Shown here: piece by piece, positions 60,176 to 64,000 of the stretch
How positions within the stretch are numbered: the stretch's first letter is position 1
How the letters are laid out: each line of letters begins with the position of its first letter
Source: the human T2T-CHM13v2.0 reference genome, Homo sapiens
Length of the DNA stretch: 64,000 bases
Reading direction: 5' to 3' (one strand)
Assembly: GCF_009914755.1 (NCBI RefSeq)
Contig: NC_060942.1
Program-made: the position numbers and the translations under genes
The notes under the pieces: model-generated
The model's input: only the letters and a program-made list of their open reading frames with translations
What the model was told of the DNA's origin: nothing
Databases searched by the model: none

Positions 60176-60473
60176 AGCTGGGCATGATGGCTCACACCTA
60201 TAACCCTAACGCTTTGGGAGGCCAAGATGGAGGATCACTTGAGCCCAAGAGTTTCAGATCATCCTGAGCAACATAGGGAAACCCCATCTCTACACAAATA
60301 TATTAGCCAGGTGTGGTGTCATGCATCTGTAGTCCCGGATACTTAGGAGGCAGAGATGGGAGGATTGCTTGAACCCAGAAGGTCAAGGCTGCAGTGAGCT
60401 GTGGTCATGCCGCTGCACTCCAACCTGGGCAACCAGAGCAAGACCCTGGCAGAAAAAAAAAAAAAAAAAAAAA
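60176..60473 (+). mobile_element. AluJ
   Basis: TSD agcaagaaagtc at 60164-60175 and 60474-60485. Confidence 0.9.
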
Positions 60474-63431
60474 AGCAAGAAAGTCTAAAGCCCCTGGGGT
60501 GGAGGACAGCCACTTCCACAGCTCCTCACATTAGGACTTTCTTAGGAATTCAGGATTTAAATTGGTGTTAACCATCTTGATGCTGTGAAACGCTTTCAGC
60601 CTGCCAGTTTAGTCTATGCTCATCTCCAAGTCTCTCTTGAGACAATACAGACTTATTTTTTCACCTGTTTCAAGTTAGCACCCAGCCTCTGCAGCTTCAG
60701 CAGTAACTTCTGTTACTCTTTGTACGGGGAGGCCCTGGCACAGTCCCCGACCCCCTGACCCAGACTTCCGCTCCAACATTCTTCCATGGTGGAGCTCTAA
60801 CATGTGAGGATGAGTGGAGGTTATTGGAGTTGTTTAGTTTAGGAAAAAAAGACTCCGAGGTCTGAGGAATGGTGAGGACTGGGGACCCCCAACAAGAGAG
60901 ATAGGGACATCGTGTTCTTAAATACTTAAAAATCAGTTTTGTGAAAGAGAGATTAAGCTGATTAATAGAGGCCAGGCCCACAGGGAGGAAGTTTCAGGGT
61001 AATAAATCCTGGACAACCATGAAGCATAAGTACAACATTCAAATAAGAAAAACCATCAAGAGAGGACCAGGCATCTCATGAAGAATTGAGCGTGCTGTCC
61101 CTGGAAGAATGCAAGCAGAGGCTGGATTATCACTGTCAAGGATGCTATTTTGCCACCGGGTGGAGGGTGGGCTGTACCCCTGCTTGGAATCACTGGTGGT
61201 TCCCTGGTGGCTGCCCTCCTTACACCTGGCTTATGGTGCCCAAGAAAGCTTAGAGCTGTTGTCACAAATGCTGGATTGATAGCCTTGAGGGAGGAAACCC
61301 GCATCTTAAAGCTTGCTCCCTAGGAAGGTTTGATATCAGTTTCTTACAACTCAGTACGACTGTAAGTCATGTGCTTCCTTTGGGGGGTGTTTCACATAAA
61401 CCTCGCCTTTAATCCGAAATGGAATGAGCGGCTTTGCTTCCTAGGAGGCATCCTGACTGCTGAAAAGGGGTGGTGGGGCTAGCTTCTTCTCTTTGAAGAA
61501 GAGGGAGGCATAACAGTGTGGTTTATGCTTTCGCAGAACCTCCAAAATTCCTGCCCCTAGAGGCTGTTCCCAGGGCTCACGGGCTGTATATAAATAACTG
61601 TAATGACACCTCCCCGCCAACCCCAGAATGAAATGACGAGTCTATTGGAGCTTGGATGGAGAGGAGGGAGGAGAAAAATGAGGTGACATGGATCAGAGGA
61701 AATGTGATACCACCGTCGGCGAACGCACAGTCTCCTCCACACCCCACTGAAGTGTTCTGAGCCTCCAGTCCTCCAACAGACACTTGCCCCTCACCACAAT
61801 CGGCTCTCACCTAAGCAGCTGCCGGTCCCTTTCCGGAAGATCGCAGAGGCCGCGGGAATGTTTTATCCCCAGCGTCTCACGCCCTCTTCTGGACACTTTT
61901 CCCAACAGCTAGTTCTGTTTCTGCGTTTTCTCATTTTTCAATCCCTCTCACTTCACCTGAGAGGAAGTCTCCCCTAGAATCAGGTTGAAACATGGTCCCC
62001 ACAGCAAGGCTTTGGTTTAATGGTTCCATTTTGATTTATTACCAGGTGATGTGGGGTGAAGGGTAAACTTTCTGAGCCAGGCAGGTGGGGAGAGATTGTG
62101 AAATTCTCTGCTACTCAAGCGGGTCTCGGGAGCCCCTATCATCTTCCTATTCCCAGAAATGCCCAGGCCAAGAGCTGCCGCACCGCCAACCACGGGGGTG
62201 ACTTTGGGCGGTCCCGCTTCCTCTCTGAGCCTCTGATTTCTCATTAGTAAAATGAGAGGATTGGCTCTTCCATCTACCACTTTCAAAGATCAGGGAACTA
62301 GGGAAGATTTTCTGTTATATACTCTGAAATACTACAGTCCCACTCAGTTAATTTGAGCTTAAATTCTAGGGGTGGCCAGGTGACAGGCTGTGAAGAATCT
62401 CCATTCCAGGGCAGTCAGCGGGCACATCCCAAAAGGCCACACTCTAGATGTAGCCACCACACATCCTTCTGCTATCACATTTCAATCAATCACCATGTCT
62501 AGGCTAACTAACAGACTGAATGTCAAATGAGTTTTTATTGGTGACTTGTGAAATTGCAGGATGCATGTTAGAAGTTGGATCTCTTTGGTTAAATGATGGG
62601 TATTCAAGATTTAGGGGTAGGCTAGAGACACTCCTCACTCTTGCCAGAACACGCCAGAGCAAGAATCTGGAGTGCCCTATAACCTGCACCGTGAGGGAGG
62701 GTGCCCAAGGCTGGATCCTAATTTGGCCTGGTGTCCAGCCGATGGTGGAAGAGGACATCTGGTTGTAAAAAGCTGACTAGAAGCACGAACTCCTGCCTCT
62801 GAATGCTGCAATGAATGAACCTTGTATACAGGCAGCCTCAAGTAACCCTGCCTTACAGGTGTGATCAGAACCCCTAAAAGGCAAGAGTGCTGAAACCTCA
62901 TCAAGCTTACCAAGCCAGTTCTGGACCAGCTTGCCGCTGAAAGCTTGTCTAATAAGTGGCAGCACGTGGGCTGAATGAACTGCTTTCTCTATCACCTGTA
63001 GCCACCACAACCTTCTTGGGCAACTAATTGTTATCTACCAAAAAGAATCTAAATGTGGCATAGAATCCTAAGTCATTTTCTAACTCTGAGTCTTATATAT
63101 TTCTGATTCCTTTAAACAAAAATTCATCTAAACATCATTTGTTAAACACCCACTATGTTTCAGACACTCCCTGAGATTACAGAGATTTACAGAAGAATAA
63201 AATGTCTTTTGGGGGCCCAGCCCAAACATACAGCTGCCTACTTGCCTTTTCCACATATGTGTCTAAGGGTATCTCTGACTTATATTACCAAAATGAAAAT
63301 CTTAATTTTCACCCCACATGCATGTTCTTCCCCAAATCTTAACCATATTGATACATAGCATCACCACTTACCATCAAGCCGAAATCCTAGGCTAGGCATC
63401 ATCCTTGATTCCTCTATTTCCCTCAATTCTG

Positions 63432-63738
63432 TTTTTCTTTTTTTTTTTTTTCTTTTGAGATGGAGTCTCACTCTGTCACCCAGCCTGGAGTGCAATGGTG
63501 TGATCTCGGCTCACTGCAACCTCCGCCTCCAAGGTTCAAGCCATTCTCCTGCCTCAGCCTCCTGAGTAGCCGGGACTACAGGCACGCGCCACCACGCCCA
63601 GCTAATTTTTGTATTTTTAGTAGAGACGGGGTGTCACCATATTGGCCAGGCTGGTCTCGAACTCCTGACCTCAGGTGATCTGCCCGCCTCGGCCTCCCAA
63701 AGTGCTGTGATTACAGGTACGAGCCACCGAGCCTGGCC
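63432..63738 (-). mobile_element. AluSx
   Basis: Full reverse Alu. Confidence 0.92.
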
Positions 63739-63884
63739 TATTTTTTTTTTTAAATTTTTTTAAGAAATAGAGATGGGGTTTTACCATGTTGCCCAGGCTG
63801 GTCTCAAACTCCTGGACTCAAGCGATCCGCCATCTCGGCCTCCCAGACTGCTGGGATTACAGGTGTGAGCCACCGCGCCCAGCC
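63739..63884 (-). mobile_element. FLAM_C-like Alu monomer
   Basis: Single left-arm monomer with ctcaagcgatcc. Confidence 0.8.
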
Positions 63885-64000
63885 CATTTTCCTCAATTCT
63901 CAATTCTAATCCATCAGCAAAGCCTAATAGTTCAATCTCCAAGGCACATCCCAAATCAGGCACCTTTTCCATCTCCAGTGGTGCCACCCTCCACCAGCCC

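Overview
Primate (most likely human) genomic DNA covering the 5' end of MYO5B (myosin Vb) on the minus strand. The only protein-coding sequence I can support is the 27-nt first coding exon (MSVGELYSQ, 52524->52498, followed by CAG|GTGAG) inside a CpG island at about 51.2-53.1 kb. Positions 1-52497 are the proximal part of the large intron 1, and 53.1-64 kb is upstream sequence. The rest is typical interspersed repeat: a 5'-truncated L1PA2/3 with a 19-bp TSD, about 18 Alu/FLAM copies, solo LTRs (THE1D, MSTB1, and MLT2A nested in MLT1F), a near full-length decayed HSMAR2 mariner, MER5/MER33/Charlie and old L1M/L2/L3 fragments. Nearly all ORF-track entries are spurious. I found no convincing new gene system. 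The best leads are regulatory: an in-frame strong-Kozak uORF ahead of the MYO5B start, two perfect DR3 elements in intron 1, and a CTCF site plus paired ZEB/SNAI E-boxes at the promoter. Repeat subfamily names come from my recall of the consensus sequences, not from a search.
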